Assembly (NCBI RefSeq): GCF_002918555.1
Contig: NZ_PQMB01000003.1
Location: 991,458-1,055,457, forward strand
Reading direction: 5' to 3'
From: Citrobacter amalonaticus
GTDB taxonomy: Bacteria; Pseudomonadota; Gammaproteobacteria; Enterobacterales; Enterobacteriaceae
DNA: 64,000 nt
Part shown: positions 24,800 to 33,019 of the stretch, in pieces
How the letters are laid out: every line of letters starts with the position of its first letter
How positions within the stretch are numbered: the first letter of the stretch is position 1
Program-made: the position numbers and the translations under genes
The notes under the pieces: model-generated
Databases searched by the model: none
Told to the model about the DNA's origin: nothing
What the model saw: only the letters and a program-made list of their open reading frames with translations

Positions 24800-25042
24800 T
24801 TACTGGGTACTGGTGGTCGTGGTGGTTGTGGTCCCGGTATTGGAACCATCACCACCACCGGTAGCCGCCAGCGCGACTCCCACCGCAGAACTTACGGTGC
24901 TAACGCTGGTTGCGGAGGAACTCCCCGCCGAAACCAACGTTGCTGCCGAACCTGCCGCTTCCCCCACCTGGACGGGGGCTGACCAGGCAGAGGTCGCCGC
25001 AAGCGCAGATATGGCAAAAATGCCATACAGAACTTTTTTCAT
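24800..25042 (-). CDS. yjbE: YjbE small secreted Gly/Ser/Thr-rich protein (80 aa)
   Basis: [23 protein letters not shown]... with a poly-Thr tail as in E. coli YjbE. Confidence 0.85.
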   Translation of the reverse strand: MKKVLYGIFAISALAATSAWSAPVQVGEAAGSAATLVSAGSSSATSVSTVSSAVGVALAATGGGDGSNTGTTTTTTTSTQ

Positions 25043-25149
25043 AACAATTTCCCTTCATTGAATGAATGGAGATTTGCCTGAAATAGAATTCAGACGCAGT
25101 CGAGTATACACAACTAAATTGGGCGGATTACGGAGGGGAGAATAGCGGT

Positions 25150-25310
25150 TCGATTTTAGGATAATTAGCTAAAACGCCAATAAAAACCATTCATTAAAAA
25201 TAAAAAAAACTCTATATTTCAAAATGTTAATAAATTAATATACTAAAGGAAATCCTAAAAAATCATTTTTACAACGTCGGTCAAATTATATTTTTAGGAT
25301 AATCCTGAAC
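25150..25310. promoter_or_regulatory. AT-rich yjbEFGH promoter region with three TTTTAGGAT / ATCCTAAAA repeats; the third (TAGGATAATCCTGA, ~25296-25309) resembles an RcsAB box
   Basis: Repeats seen directly; yjbEFGH is Rcs-regulated in E. coli (established), box assignment is inference. Confidence 0.3.
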
Positions 25311-25410
25311 CACTCTGACCGATTTTTTCCGCCATCTCTGTACACTATGTCACGCACATCCGAAAAAGCGCGGCGGACCGTCATCGATTAAATATATTGA
25401 TAATATGCAT

Positions 25411-25548
25411 ACTCTAAATAATTCGAGTTGCAGGACAAAACGCGTAGTCGTTTTGAACAGCGCTTGCGCTGGCCCCGAAGGGGCGAGGCCCAGGGATGGG
25501 CCGGGTAACAAAGCCAACGCATCTGCAACTTGAAGTATGACGAGTATA
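25411..25548. repeat. ERIC element copy 2 (long variant with divergent/inserted centre)
   Basis: Conserved ERIC termini ACTCTAAATAATTCGAGTTGCAGGA ... GCAACTTGAAGTATGACGAGTAT. Confidence 0.75.
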
Positions 25549-25689
25549 TATTGTAAAACTGCGACCTGGCTGCTAAGCATCACGAAAAAATTGCCATATC
25601 TGTATCCATGATGTCCACGAGGAGAATGTTTTTAGCGTTGCCGCCACCTATATTTCAGGGATCATTCTATCTTTCTCTGAGGAGGCACA

Positions 25690-27117
25690 GTGAAAACATT
25701 AACCATCGGTCTTTTTGGTATTGGGCTGGAAACTTACTGGCCCCAATTTCCTGGGCTAAAAACAGAGCTGGAAGATTATCTGTCACAGGTTGATAAAAAA
25801 TTGCAACAGAATAATGAAAACATCAACATTATTAATAGCGGATTAATTGATAATAACGCGGCTATGGATCGGGCCATTACGCTTTTTTCAGCCAATAATA
25901 TTGACGCGCTGGTGCTCTATATTACGACTTATGCACTCAGTTCAACGGTACTTCCTTTAGTGCAACAGCTTAACGTTCCGGTATTAATTCTGGCGCTCCA
26001 GCCGGAACAAAGCCTGCCCTGCAACAGAATTAACCAACTGGCAGATCGCGGCACGCGAACCGGACAGTGGCTGGCCCATTGCCAGGCCTGTAGCGCGCCG
26101 GAGCTGGTTAACGTCTTCCAGCGTACCGGCGTTTCTTATAGCCTGGTACCGGGCTATCTGGAAGATGAGGATGCCTGGCAGGAGATCGATGACTGGCTGG
26201 CGGCGCTGGCGGTTGTGAACACCTTAAAAACCACCAACATTGGCGTCCTCGGTCATTATTATAACGGTATGTATGACGTCTATTCGAATATGACGAACCT
26301 GTCGGCAAAATTCGGCGTGCGGTTCAGGCTGCTGGAAGTGTGCGAGTTAGTTAACACATTAACCGCAATTACCGACGAGCAACAGGCGCAAAAACGCCAG
26401 CAGATATTTCAGTCCCTGAGTGTCGACCCCGCCTGTGAGGAATATGAATTACAACGTGCCATAAATACCGCGATTGCGCTGGATAATATGGTTGACCGCC
26501 ATCAACTGGGTGCCCTGGCCTATTATTATGAAGGCGCGTCAGGTTCGGCCCAGGAAAATATCATGACCTCCGTGATTATGGGAAATACATTGCTGACCGC
26601 AGACGGAATTCCGGTGGCGGGCGAATGTGAAATCAAGAACGTCATCGCCATGAAAATACTCAGCCTGCTGGGGGCGGGAGGATCATTCTCTGAACCTTAT
26701 GGCATTGATTTTCGTGCGCAAACCGTACAGTGGGGTCATGACGGCCCGGCACATCCGCTGATGTCCGCAGAGAAGGTCAGGCTGGTGCCCCTGCCCGTCT
26801 ATCACGGTAAACCCGGAAAAGGGGTATCCATCCAGATGAGCGTGGCACCCGGTCCGGTTACCTTTTTGTCCGTCGTCGAGCATCAGGATGGCAGCGTCAC
26901 GCTGCAATACGCCGAGGGCGAGGCGGTCGCAGGAGAAACGCTGGATATCGGCAATACCAACAGTCACTACCGGTTCCCGCTCAGCGCGAAGGCGTTTACC
27001 CGCCGCTGGTGTGAAGGTGGAGCGGCTCACCATTGCGCCATCGGGATTGGACACGTTGGCCTGAAGCTGGAAAACATCGCCAGGCAGCTTGCCATTCACA
27101 CTCACCGGATTTGCTAA
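25690..27117 (+). CDS. L-arabinose isomerase (AraA)-family sugar isomerase, orphan (475 aa; GTG start with GAGGAGG RBS)
   Basis: N-terminal [16 protein letters not shown] and C-terminal [15 protein letters not shown] resemble AraA (ILAGGAHHTVFSH); no adjacent kinase or epimerase. Confidence 0.65.
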   Translation: MKTLTIGLFGIGLETYWPQFPGLKTELEDYLSQVDKKLQQNNENINIINSGLIDNNAAMDRAITLFSANNIDALVLYITTYALSSTVLPLVQQLNVPVLILALQPEQSLPCNRINQLADRGTRTGQWLAHCQACSAPELVNVFQRTGVSYSLVPGYLEDEDAWQEIDDWLAALAVVNTLKTTNIGVLGHYYNGMYDVYSNMTNLSAKFGVRFRLLEVCELVNTLTAITDEQQAQKRQQIFQSLSVDPACEEYELQRAINTAIALDNMVDRHQLGALAYYYEGASGSAQENIMTSVIMGNTLLTADGIPVAGECEIKNVIAMKILSLLGAGGSFSEPYGIDFRAQTVQWGHDGPAHPLMSAEKVRLVPLPVYHGKPGKGVSIQMSVAPGPVTFLSVVEHQDGSVTLQYAEGEAVAGETLDIGNTNSHYRFPLSAKAFTRRWCEGGAAHHCAIGIGHVGLKLENIARQLAIHTHRIC

Positions 27118-27179
27118 AGATTGCTGACTACCTTGTGCCGTCTGTAGAGCCTCGCCCGACCGGACGAGGCCCGCGCTAA

Positions 27180-28829
27180 TTATGCACGCCAGGACTTATA
27201 GCGGTTAATCAGACCGTTGGTTGAACTGTCGTGGCTGTCGATCGCTTTGTCGTCACCCAGCTCCGGCAGAATACGGTTTGCCAGCTGTTTACCCAGCTCA
27301 ACGCCCCACTGATCGAAGGTGAAGATATTCAGGATCACACCCTGCGTAAAGATTTTATGCTCATACAGGGCAATCAGCGCGCCCAGGCTGAACGGGGTGA
27401 TTTCACGCAGCAGGATGGAGTTGGTCGGGCGGTTGCCTTCGAACACCTTGAAGGGCACCACGTGGTCCAGGGTTGCCGGATCTTTACCCTGATCGCGGTA
27501 TTCCTGCTCAACCACATCGCGGGATTTACCGAACGCCAGGGCTTCAGTCTGCGCGAAGAAGTTAGACAGCAGCTTCGGATGGTGATCCGACAGCGGATTA
27601 TGGGTGATAGCCGGGGCGATGAAATCGCACGGTACCATTTTGGTGCCCTGGTGAATCAGCTGGTAGAACGCGTGCTGGCCGTTAGTACCCGGCTCACCCC
27701 AGATGATTGGGCCGGTCTGGTAATCCACCGCGTTGCCGTTACGGTCAACGTATTTGCCGTTGGATTCCATATTGCCCTGCTGGAAGTAAGCTGCAAAACG
27801 GTGCATATACTGGTCATACGGCAGAATCGCTTCGGTTTCAGCGCCGAAGAAGTTGTTGTACCAGATACCGATCAGCGCCAGCAGCACCGGCAGGTTTTTC
27901 TCCGGGGCAGTAGTAGAAAAATGCTTATCCATCGCGTGCGCGCCGGACAGCAATTCAACAAAGTTGTCGAAGCCGACGGACAGAATGATGGACAAACCAA
28001 TGGCTGACCACAGGGAATAGCGACCGCCCACCCAGTCCCAGAATTCGAACATGTTGGCAGTATCAATACCGAATTCGCCAACCGCTTTCGCATTGGTGGA
28101 CAGCGCAGCAAAGTGCTTCGCCACGTGTTTTTCATCACCCGCAGTTTTCAGGAACCAGTCGCGCGCGCTGTGGGCGTTGGTCATGGTTTCCTGGGTGGTG
28201 AAGGTTTTGGAGGCCACCAGGAACAGGGTCGTTTCCGGGTTCACTTTCTTCAGCACTTCGGCGATGTGAGTACCATCGACGTTAGAGACAAAGTGCATAT
28301 TCAGGTGGTTTTTATATGGACGCAGCGCTTCGGTCACCATGAACGGGCCGAGGTCAGAGCCGCCGATACCAATGTTGACCACGTCGGTAATCGCCTTACC
28401 GGTATAGCCTTTCCATTGACCAGAGATAATCGCTTCAGAGAAGGCTTTCATCTTCTCCAGCACCGCGTTCACTTCCGGCATGACGTCTTTGCCGTCGACG
28501 ATAATCGGGGTATTGCTACGGTTACGCAGCGCAACGTGCAGGACGGCACGGTCTTCGGTACGGTTAATCTTCTCGCCGGAGAACATGGATTTGATGGCGT
28601 CAGCCAGGAAGGTTTCTTTTGCCAGATCCTGCAACTTTGCCAGCGTCTCTTCGGTGATGCGGTTTTTAGAGAAATCGACCAGCATCAGATCGTCGAATGT
28701 GGCGGAAAAATGAGTGAAACGGTCGCTGTCTTTCGCGAAAAGCTCCGCGATAGTAACGTCCTTCATTTCGTCGTAATGTTTTTGTAGTGCCTGCCAGGCA
28801 GATGTCTGCGTCGGATTGATGTTTTTCAT
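27180..28829 (-). CDS. pgi: Glucose-6-phosphate isomerase Pgi (549 aa; true start MKNINPTQT; the ORF-track 648-aa N-terminal extension is rejected)
   Basis: Near-identity to E. coli Pgi; the upstream in-frame extension runs through an ERIC repeat. Confidence 0.96.
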   Translation of the reverse strand: MKNINPTQTSAWQALQKHYDEMKDVTIAELFAKDSDRFTHFSATFDDLMLVDFSKNRITEETLAKLQDLAKETFLADAIKSMFSGEKINRTEDRAVLHVALRNRSNTPIIVDGKDVMPEVNAVLEKMKAFSEAIISGQWKGYTGKAITDVVNIGIGGSDLGPFMVTEALRPYKNHLNMHFVSNVDGTHIAEVLKKVNPETTLFLVASKTFTTQETMTNAHSARDWFLKTAGDEKHVAKHFAALSTNAKAVGEFGIDTANMFEFWDWVGGRYSLWSAIGLSIILSVGFDNFVELLSGAHAMDKHFSTTAPEKNLPVLLALIGIWYNNFFGAETEAILPYDQYMHRFAAYFQQGNMESNGKYVDRNGNAVDYQTGPIIWGEPGTNGQHAFYQLIHQGTKMVPCDFIAPAITHNPLSDHHPKLLSNFFAQTEALAFGKSRDVVEQEYRDQGKDPATLDHVVPFKVFEGNRPTNSILLREITPFSLGALIALYEHKIFTQGVILNIFTFDQWGVELGKQLANRILPELGDDKAIDSHDSSTNGLINRYKSWRA

Positions 28830-28950
28830 TAGCAATACTCTTCTGATTTGAGAATTGTGACTGAGATCGATTGTAACGCCAGCCACAGAAAAATGTGATT
28901 GTTTTAATGCCGTTGCCCCAGGCACTGTCGAATGGGGATAAAAAGTATAT

Positions 28951-29075
28951 ACCCTAAATAATTCGAGGTGCAGGAAGGCGGCAAGTGAGTGAGTCCCCGG
29001 GAGCATAGATAACGATGTAACCGGAGTGAGTTGAACGTAGCCAACACGCCCGCAACCCGAAGTATGACGGGTATC
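28951..29075. repeat. ERIC element copy 3 in the pgi-lysC divergent intergenic region
   Basis: ACCCTAAATAATTCGAGGTGCAGGAAGGCGGCAAGTGAGTGAGTCCCCGGGAGC...CCGAAGTATGACGGGTAT. Confidence 0.8.
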
Positions 29076-29136
29076 GCTGTTATAAGCCCTGTTTCTGAGT
29101 CTAAACGCAGCATAAAAAATCCGCATAATCCCGGCG

Positions 29137-29166
29137 TTGACAGTCCAGCCCGCACATTTTATTTAT
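29137..29166 (+). promoter_or_regulatory. Candidate sigma70 promoter for lysC (TTGACA-17-TATTTA), giving an ~85-nt leader
   Basis: Consensus -35 and near-consensus -10 with 17-bp spacer, seen directly. Confidence 0.45.
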
Positions 29167-29255
29167 AAATACGGAATTTGCTTTTGCGCCTGCACCGGTG
29201 TCAGTACTGCCTTTGTGCCATGGTCGCTTTTTTCACTCCCTGACACGAGGTAGTC

Positions 29256-30605
29256 ATGACCGATATTGTTGTCTCCAAATTTGGCGGTACCAGCGTGGCT
29301 GATTTTGACGCCATGAACCGCAGCGCCGACGTGGTGCTTTCCGATGCAAACGTCCGTTTAGTTGTCCTTTCGGCATCTGCCGGGATTACCAATCTGCTGG
29401 TTGCGCTGGCGGAAGGCCTGGAAGCAGCCGCACGTTTCGAAAAGCTCGACGCTATCCGTAAAATTCAGTTCGACATCCTGGAGCGTCTGCGCTATCCGAA
29501 CGTTATTCGCGAGGAGATCGAGCGCCTGCTGGATAACATCACCACGCTTGCCGAAGCCGCTTCTCTGGCCACCTCCACCGCCCTGACCGACGAGCTGGTC
29601 AGCCACGGCGAACTGATGTCGACCCTGCTGTTTGTGGAGATCCTGCGTGAACGTAACGTGCAGGCGCAGTGGTTTGATGTGCGTAAAGTGATGCGTACCA
29701 ACGATCGTTTTGGCCGTGCAGAACCCGATGTTGTCGCGCTCTCTGAACTGGCGACGCTGCAACTGGCACCGCGGCTGGAAGAAGGCCTGGTGATTACTCA
29801 GGGCTTTATCGGCAGCGAAAGCAAAGGCCGCACCACCACTCTGGGACGCGGCGGGAGCGATTACACGGCCGCTCTGCTGGCAGAAGCCCTGCACGCGACG
29901 CGAGTTGATATCTGGACGGACGTGCCGGGCATCTATACCACCGATCCTCGCGTGGTCCCTGCGGCACAACGCATCGATGAGATTGCCTTTGAAGAGGCGG
30001 CGGAGATGGCTACTTTTGGCGCCAAGGTTCTGCATCCGGCAACCCTGTTACCCGCCGTGCGTAGCGATATTCCGGTCTTCGTCGGCTCCAGCAAAGATCC
30101 GAAAGCCGGTGGCACGCTGGTGTGCAACAAAACGAACAATCCGCCGCTGTTCCGCGCGCTGGCGCTGCGTCGTAAACAGACATTGTTAACCCTGCACAGC
30201 CTGAATATGCTGCACTCTCGCGGTTTTCTCGCCGAAGTGTTCGGCATCCTGGCGCGGCATAATATCTCGGTGGATTTGATCACCACTTCGGAAGTCAGCG
30301 TGGCCTTAACCCTGGATACCACGGGGTCGACCTCAACAGGCGATACGTTGCTGACGCAGTCTCTGTTGATGGAGCTGTCTGTATTGTGTCGCGTTGAGGT
30401 GGAAGAGGGTCTGGCATTGGTTGCGCTAATTGGCAACGATCTGTCCAAAGCCTGCGGCGTGGGTAAAGAGGTGTTCGGCGTTCTGGAACCGTTCAACATC
30501 CGCATGATTTGCTACGGAGCTTCCAGCCACAACCTCTGTTTCCTGGTCCCTGGCACCGAAGCTGAGCAGGTCGTACAGAAGCTGCACCATAATCTGTTTG
30601 AGTGA
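29256..30605 (+). CDS. lysC: Lysine-sensitive aspartokinase III LysC (449 aa)
   Basis: MTDIVVSKFGGTSVADFDAMNRSADVVLSDANVRLVVLSASAGITNLLV... matches E. coli LysC. Confidence 0.96.
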   Translation: MTDIVVSKFGGTSVADFDAMNRSADVVLSDANVRLVVLSASAGITNLLVALAEGLEAAARFEKLDAIRKIQFDILERLRYPNVIREEIERLLDNITTLAEAASLATSTALTDELVSHGELMSTLLFVEILRERNVQAQWFDVRKVMRTNDRFGRAEPDVVALSELATLQLAPRLEEGLVITQGFIGSESKGRTTTLGRGGSDYTAALLAEALHATRVDIWTDVPGIYTTDPRVVPAAQRIDEIAFEEAAEMATFGAKVLHPATLLPAVRSDIPVFVGSSKDPKAGGTLVCNKTNNPPLFRALALRRKQTLLTLHSLNMLHSRGFLAEVFGILARHNISVDLITTSEVSVALTLDTTGSTSTGDTLLTQSLLMELSVLCRVEVEEGLALVALIGNDLSKACGVGKEVFGVLEPFNIRMICYGASSHNLCFLVPGTEAEQVVQKLHHNLFE

Positions 30606-30641
30606 CCGTCAATGGAATAGCCCCGCGCACATCGCGCAGGG
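30606..30641. terminator. Imperfect hairpin (AGCCCCGCGCA-catc-GCGCAGGGCT) between convergent lysC and nucleotidyltransferase genes
   Basis: Inverted repeat with one bulge seen in the 36-bp gap. Confidence 0.4.
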
Positions 30642-31436
30642 CTAGAGTGAGTTTCCCATTACCGTCTGATACAGCAGTCTGTCCAGTTCCCTGACATCTC
30701 CTTCCCGACTGTCCGGAATAACCGGCGGGATCTCGCCTCGCGCCAGTTCAGCACGGATAAACGCGTGCAGCAGTGGGCGACGTGGACCGTATTCCGCTTC
30801 TCCCGTACGTTGTTTGCGTTCAAGCAGTTCGTCTATCTCCTGACGTAGCGCGGCATCCAGTTCGCTTCCCGCCAACAGTGCGGCAAAACGCACAGGCGGC
30901 ACGCCCTTCCCTGCTTCAACCCAGCGTACGGCCAGTAACGGGCGCAGGACATAGAAGTATTTTTTTAACCGTACATCCTCACCCTGCAGATAACCGCGGA
31001 AGTTTTTTCGCGCCATCGAGTAGTAGTGCCAACGGGCGCGAAGTGGCGAAAACCATTTTGGTACGAGCGCCTTAAGCGCGGATACCGTTGCCTCATCCTG
31101 ATGATAAACCACCGGTGAACCCAGCCATTCTATCAGCGTGGGGTTAGCCCCCTTCAGTAAACCAAGTGCTTTACGCCACTCCCAGCCGCAGACGTCCAGT
31201 TCATCGTCTATTGGCAGCTCGATTACATCGCGCGGGGCTTCTACCCGCAGGTACCACTCCGGCTGATGGACATATAAAAACCGCACATCGTAATCGCTGT
31301 CTGGAGAAGCGAATCCCCAACCGCGGCTGCCGGATTCGCAGGCATACAGCACCCGAACGCCATAGCGCTGCTCCACCTCTTTCAGCTGCCACGCAACCTG
31401 TTCGCGCATGGCGGCAGTAACACCGTTATTGCTCAT
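30642..31436 (-). CDS. Pol-beta-superfamily nucleotidyltransferase (264 aa), distal gene of the RtcR-associated sigma54 operon
   Basis: GS-x10-DYD motif (ESGSRGWGFASPDSDYDVRF) typical of minimal nucleotidyltransferases; ATGA start/stop overlap with the upstream SPFH gene. Confidence 0.75.
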   Translation of the reverse strand: MSNNGVTAAMREQVAWQLKEVEQRYGVRVLYACESGSRGWGFASPDSDYDVRFLYVHQPEWYLRVEAPRDVIELPIDDELDVCGWEWRKALGLLKGANPTLIEWLGSPVVYHQDEATVSALKALVPKWFSPLRARWHYYSMARKNFRGYLQGEDVRLKKYFYVLRPLLAVRWVEAGKGVPPVRFAALLAGSELDAALRQEIDELLERKQRTGEAEYGPRRPLLHAFIRAELARGEIPPVIPDSREGDVRELDRLLYQTVMGNSL

Positions 31437-32569
31437 CGTTCTGCTCCTTTTATATTCACCAGGCCGTGCAGCACCTGATCCAGACCGCCAAAGACCGAGA
31501 TTTTATCGATACGTTCCGCCACTCTTTCGAGCGTCTCCAGCTCTTTTAAACGCAGCGCCACCGGGTTGTTTTCCATCACTTTCGCGGTGTTCAACAACGA
31601 GCGGGTCGCGGCGGTTTCTTCACGTCGACGAATCACGTTAGCCTGTGCTGACTTTTCCGCTTCCACCAGGCGGGAGAGAATAGCCTTCATATCGCCAGGC
31701 AGGACAATATCCTTCACACCAGGTGAGGCGACTTCAATGCCAAACGGCGCCATACGGGCTTTTACCTGCGCGCTGACGACTTCGTCGATGATCTGCTTAT
31801 TTTCCAGCAGTTCATCAAGGGTGCGCGTTCCCACCGCTTCTCGCAGCGCAAACTGTAACTCCCGGTACAGGTGGTCCAGCGGTTTCGTAAGCCGGGAAAA
31901 TGCCAGCAACACGTCGCTAAAGCGCCAGTTTGCCGCCAGATTCAGGCGCAGATTGACCTTATCTTTGGTCAGGATCTCCTGTCCACCGACCTCCAGCACC
32001 TGCAGACGGGTATCCACCACGTCGGCTTCAACCAGATGATTCACCTTCCAGTACGCGGTCAGACCGGGTGTCAGCAACGGCTGTGTCTCACCGTCAATTT
32101 TCAGAACGCCCACGTGCCAGGCCGGAACCTGTACTGTCAGCATCGCTTCACGTCCTTTCACCGCACCATTACGGCGTGGCTGTAACACCGCATTCATGAC
32201 GTCCGCGGGTACCAGAGCCTGGCGTGTATCCATCCGTACCTGTCTCAACGCCTCATCGGCTCGCCAGTACAGGCGGCGCGTTGACGGCGGCAGGATCTCC
32301 TGCAAAATGTCGTTCATATACAGCGCACCTGCCTCTGTGTCACTTAAATCCACCGCCAGGCAGTAGCGCTCAACCCAGCCGGGCTGGAAGCGACGCAGAT
32401 ACTCCGCCAGCGTTTCCTGCACTTCGCTGCCGTCCAGATTAATGACAAGTACCTCTGGCGTACTGAACCACGGCAGACGATGTTCACCCGCTTCCAGCAC
32501 CTGGTAGTAATCGCCCTCACGGGACAAAAGCCCTAACTGACCTTTTCGTATTGTGATTTTCTTAGCCAT
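31433..32569 (-). CDS. Cytoplasmic SPFH/band-7 (stomatin/flotillin-like) domain protein (378 aa)
   Basis: C-terminal half has SPFH-like coiled-coil segments (…IEVASPGVKDIVLPGDMKAILSRLVEAEKSAQANVIRRREETAA…); no N-terminal TM segment. Confidence 0.78.
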   Translation of the reverse strand: MAKKITIRKGQLGLLSREGDYYQVLEAGEHRLPWFSTPEVLVINLDGSEVQETLAEYLRRFQPGWVERYCLAVDLSDTEAGALYMNDILQEILPPSTRRLYWRADEALRQVRMDTRQALVPADVMNAVLQPRRNGAVKGREAMLTVQVPAWHVGVLKIDGETQPLLTPGLTAYWKVNHLVEADVVDTRLQVLEVGGQEILTKDKVNLRLNLAANWRFSDVLLAFSRLTKPLDHLYRELQFALREAVGTRTLDELLENKQIIDEVVSAQVKARMAPFGIEVASPGVKDIVLPGDMKAILSRLVEAEKSAQANVIRRREETAATRSLLNTAKVMENNPVALRLKELETLERVAERIDKISVFGGLDQVLHGLVNIKGAER

Positions 32570-32858
32570 TTCTCTGTTCCTTATAAAATCAGGTGCGGGT
32601 GCAGGGGCGAAGCCACAGGGGAATTCCCTTTTGCCTGTGGCGCGGCGCCATTACCGGCAACCTGCTGTTGGGGATTGCTAACCGCTCAACGCCCCGTTTC
32701 TATTTCTGTGATTAACAACCAGTTTCATTGGGAAAATGAATCGGGAATCGAACCCATTGTTCAGGTGTCATCTGCTGACGGAACACTCCGGGAAAACAGC
32801 CTCTGCCGTTCCTGACGTGCCGGCGGGGTTTAACCCCCTGCGTTTTCAGCGTTATTGA
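32570..32858 (-). ncRNA. ~290-nt leader of the SPFH-NTase operon carrying a tRNA T-arm-like motif (GGGTTCGATTCCC at 32744-32756 on the minus strand) and stem-loops (GGGG-ttaaa-CCCC; GCCACAGG...CCTGTGGC); possible structured cis-RNA or Y-RNA-like element
   Basis: Motif seen directly; by analogy to the tRNA-like YrlA Y RNA in the Salmonella RtcR-controlled rsr-yrlBA-rtcBA operon (inference); no full cloverleaf identified. Confidence 0.25.
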
Positions 32859-32866
32859 CCCATGTG

Positions 32867-32887
32867 TTATTGCCAGAAGCGTGCCAG
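32867..32887 (-). promoter_or_regulatory. Sigma54 (-24/-12) promoter CTGGCACgcttcTGGCAat driving the SPFH-NTase operon; AT-rich upstream region (32890-33019) may hold IHF/UAS sites
   Basis: TGGCAC-N5-TGGCA matches the TGGCAC-N5-TTGCW consensus with correct spacing, on the minus strand, divergent from rtcR-like gene. Confidence 0.6.
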
Positions 32888-33019
32888 AAAGAAAAAACGA
32901 CAAAATATTTTTTTAATTTATTGATTATTATTGTTTTTATTTTTCATGCTGGTTTTGACGATTGCCGTAACCTGCAGGATTTTTTATCTTTTAATATCGA
33001 ATATTATCTTTATGGATAA

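Noticed and set aside
28830-29126. N-terminal extension of the pgi ORF to 648 aa
   Set aside because: Extension runs through an ERIC element and is not conserved; the homologous Pgi start is MKNINPTQT at 28829.
32744-32756. A genuine tRNA gene at the GGTTCGATTCC motif
   Set aside because: No complete cloverleaf (no convincing acceptor/D/anticodon arms) could be assembled by eye; treated as a tRNA-like motif within a leader instead.
32712-32903. 63-aa ORF overlapping the sigma54 promoter and leader
   Set aside because: Overlaps the promoter itself, no RBS, no homology; the region is better explained as promoter plus structured leader.
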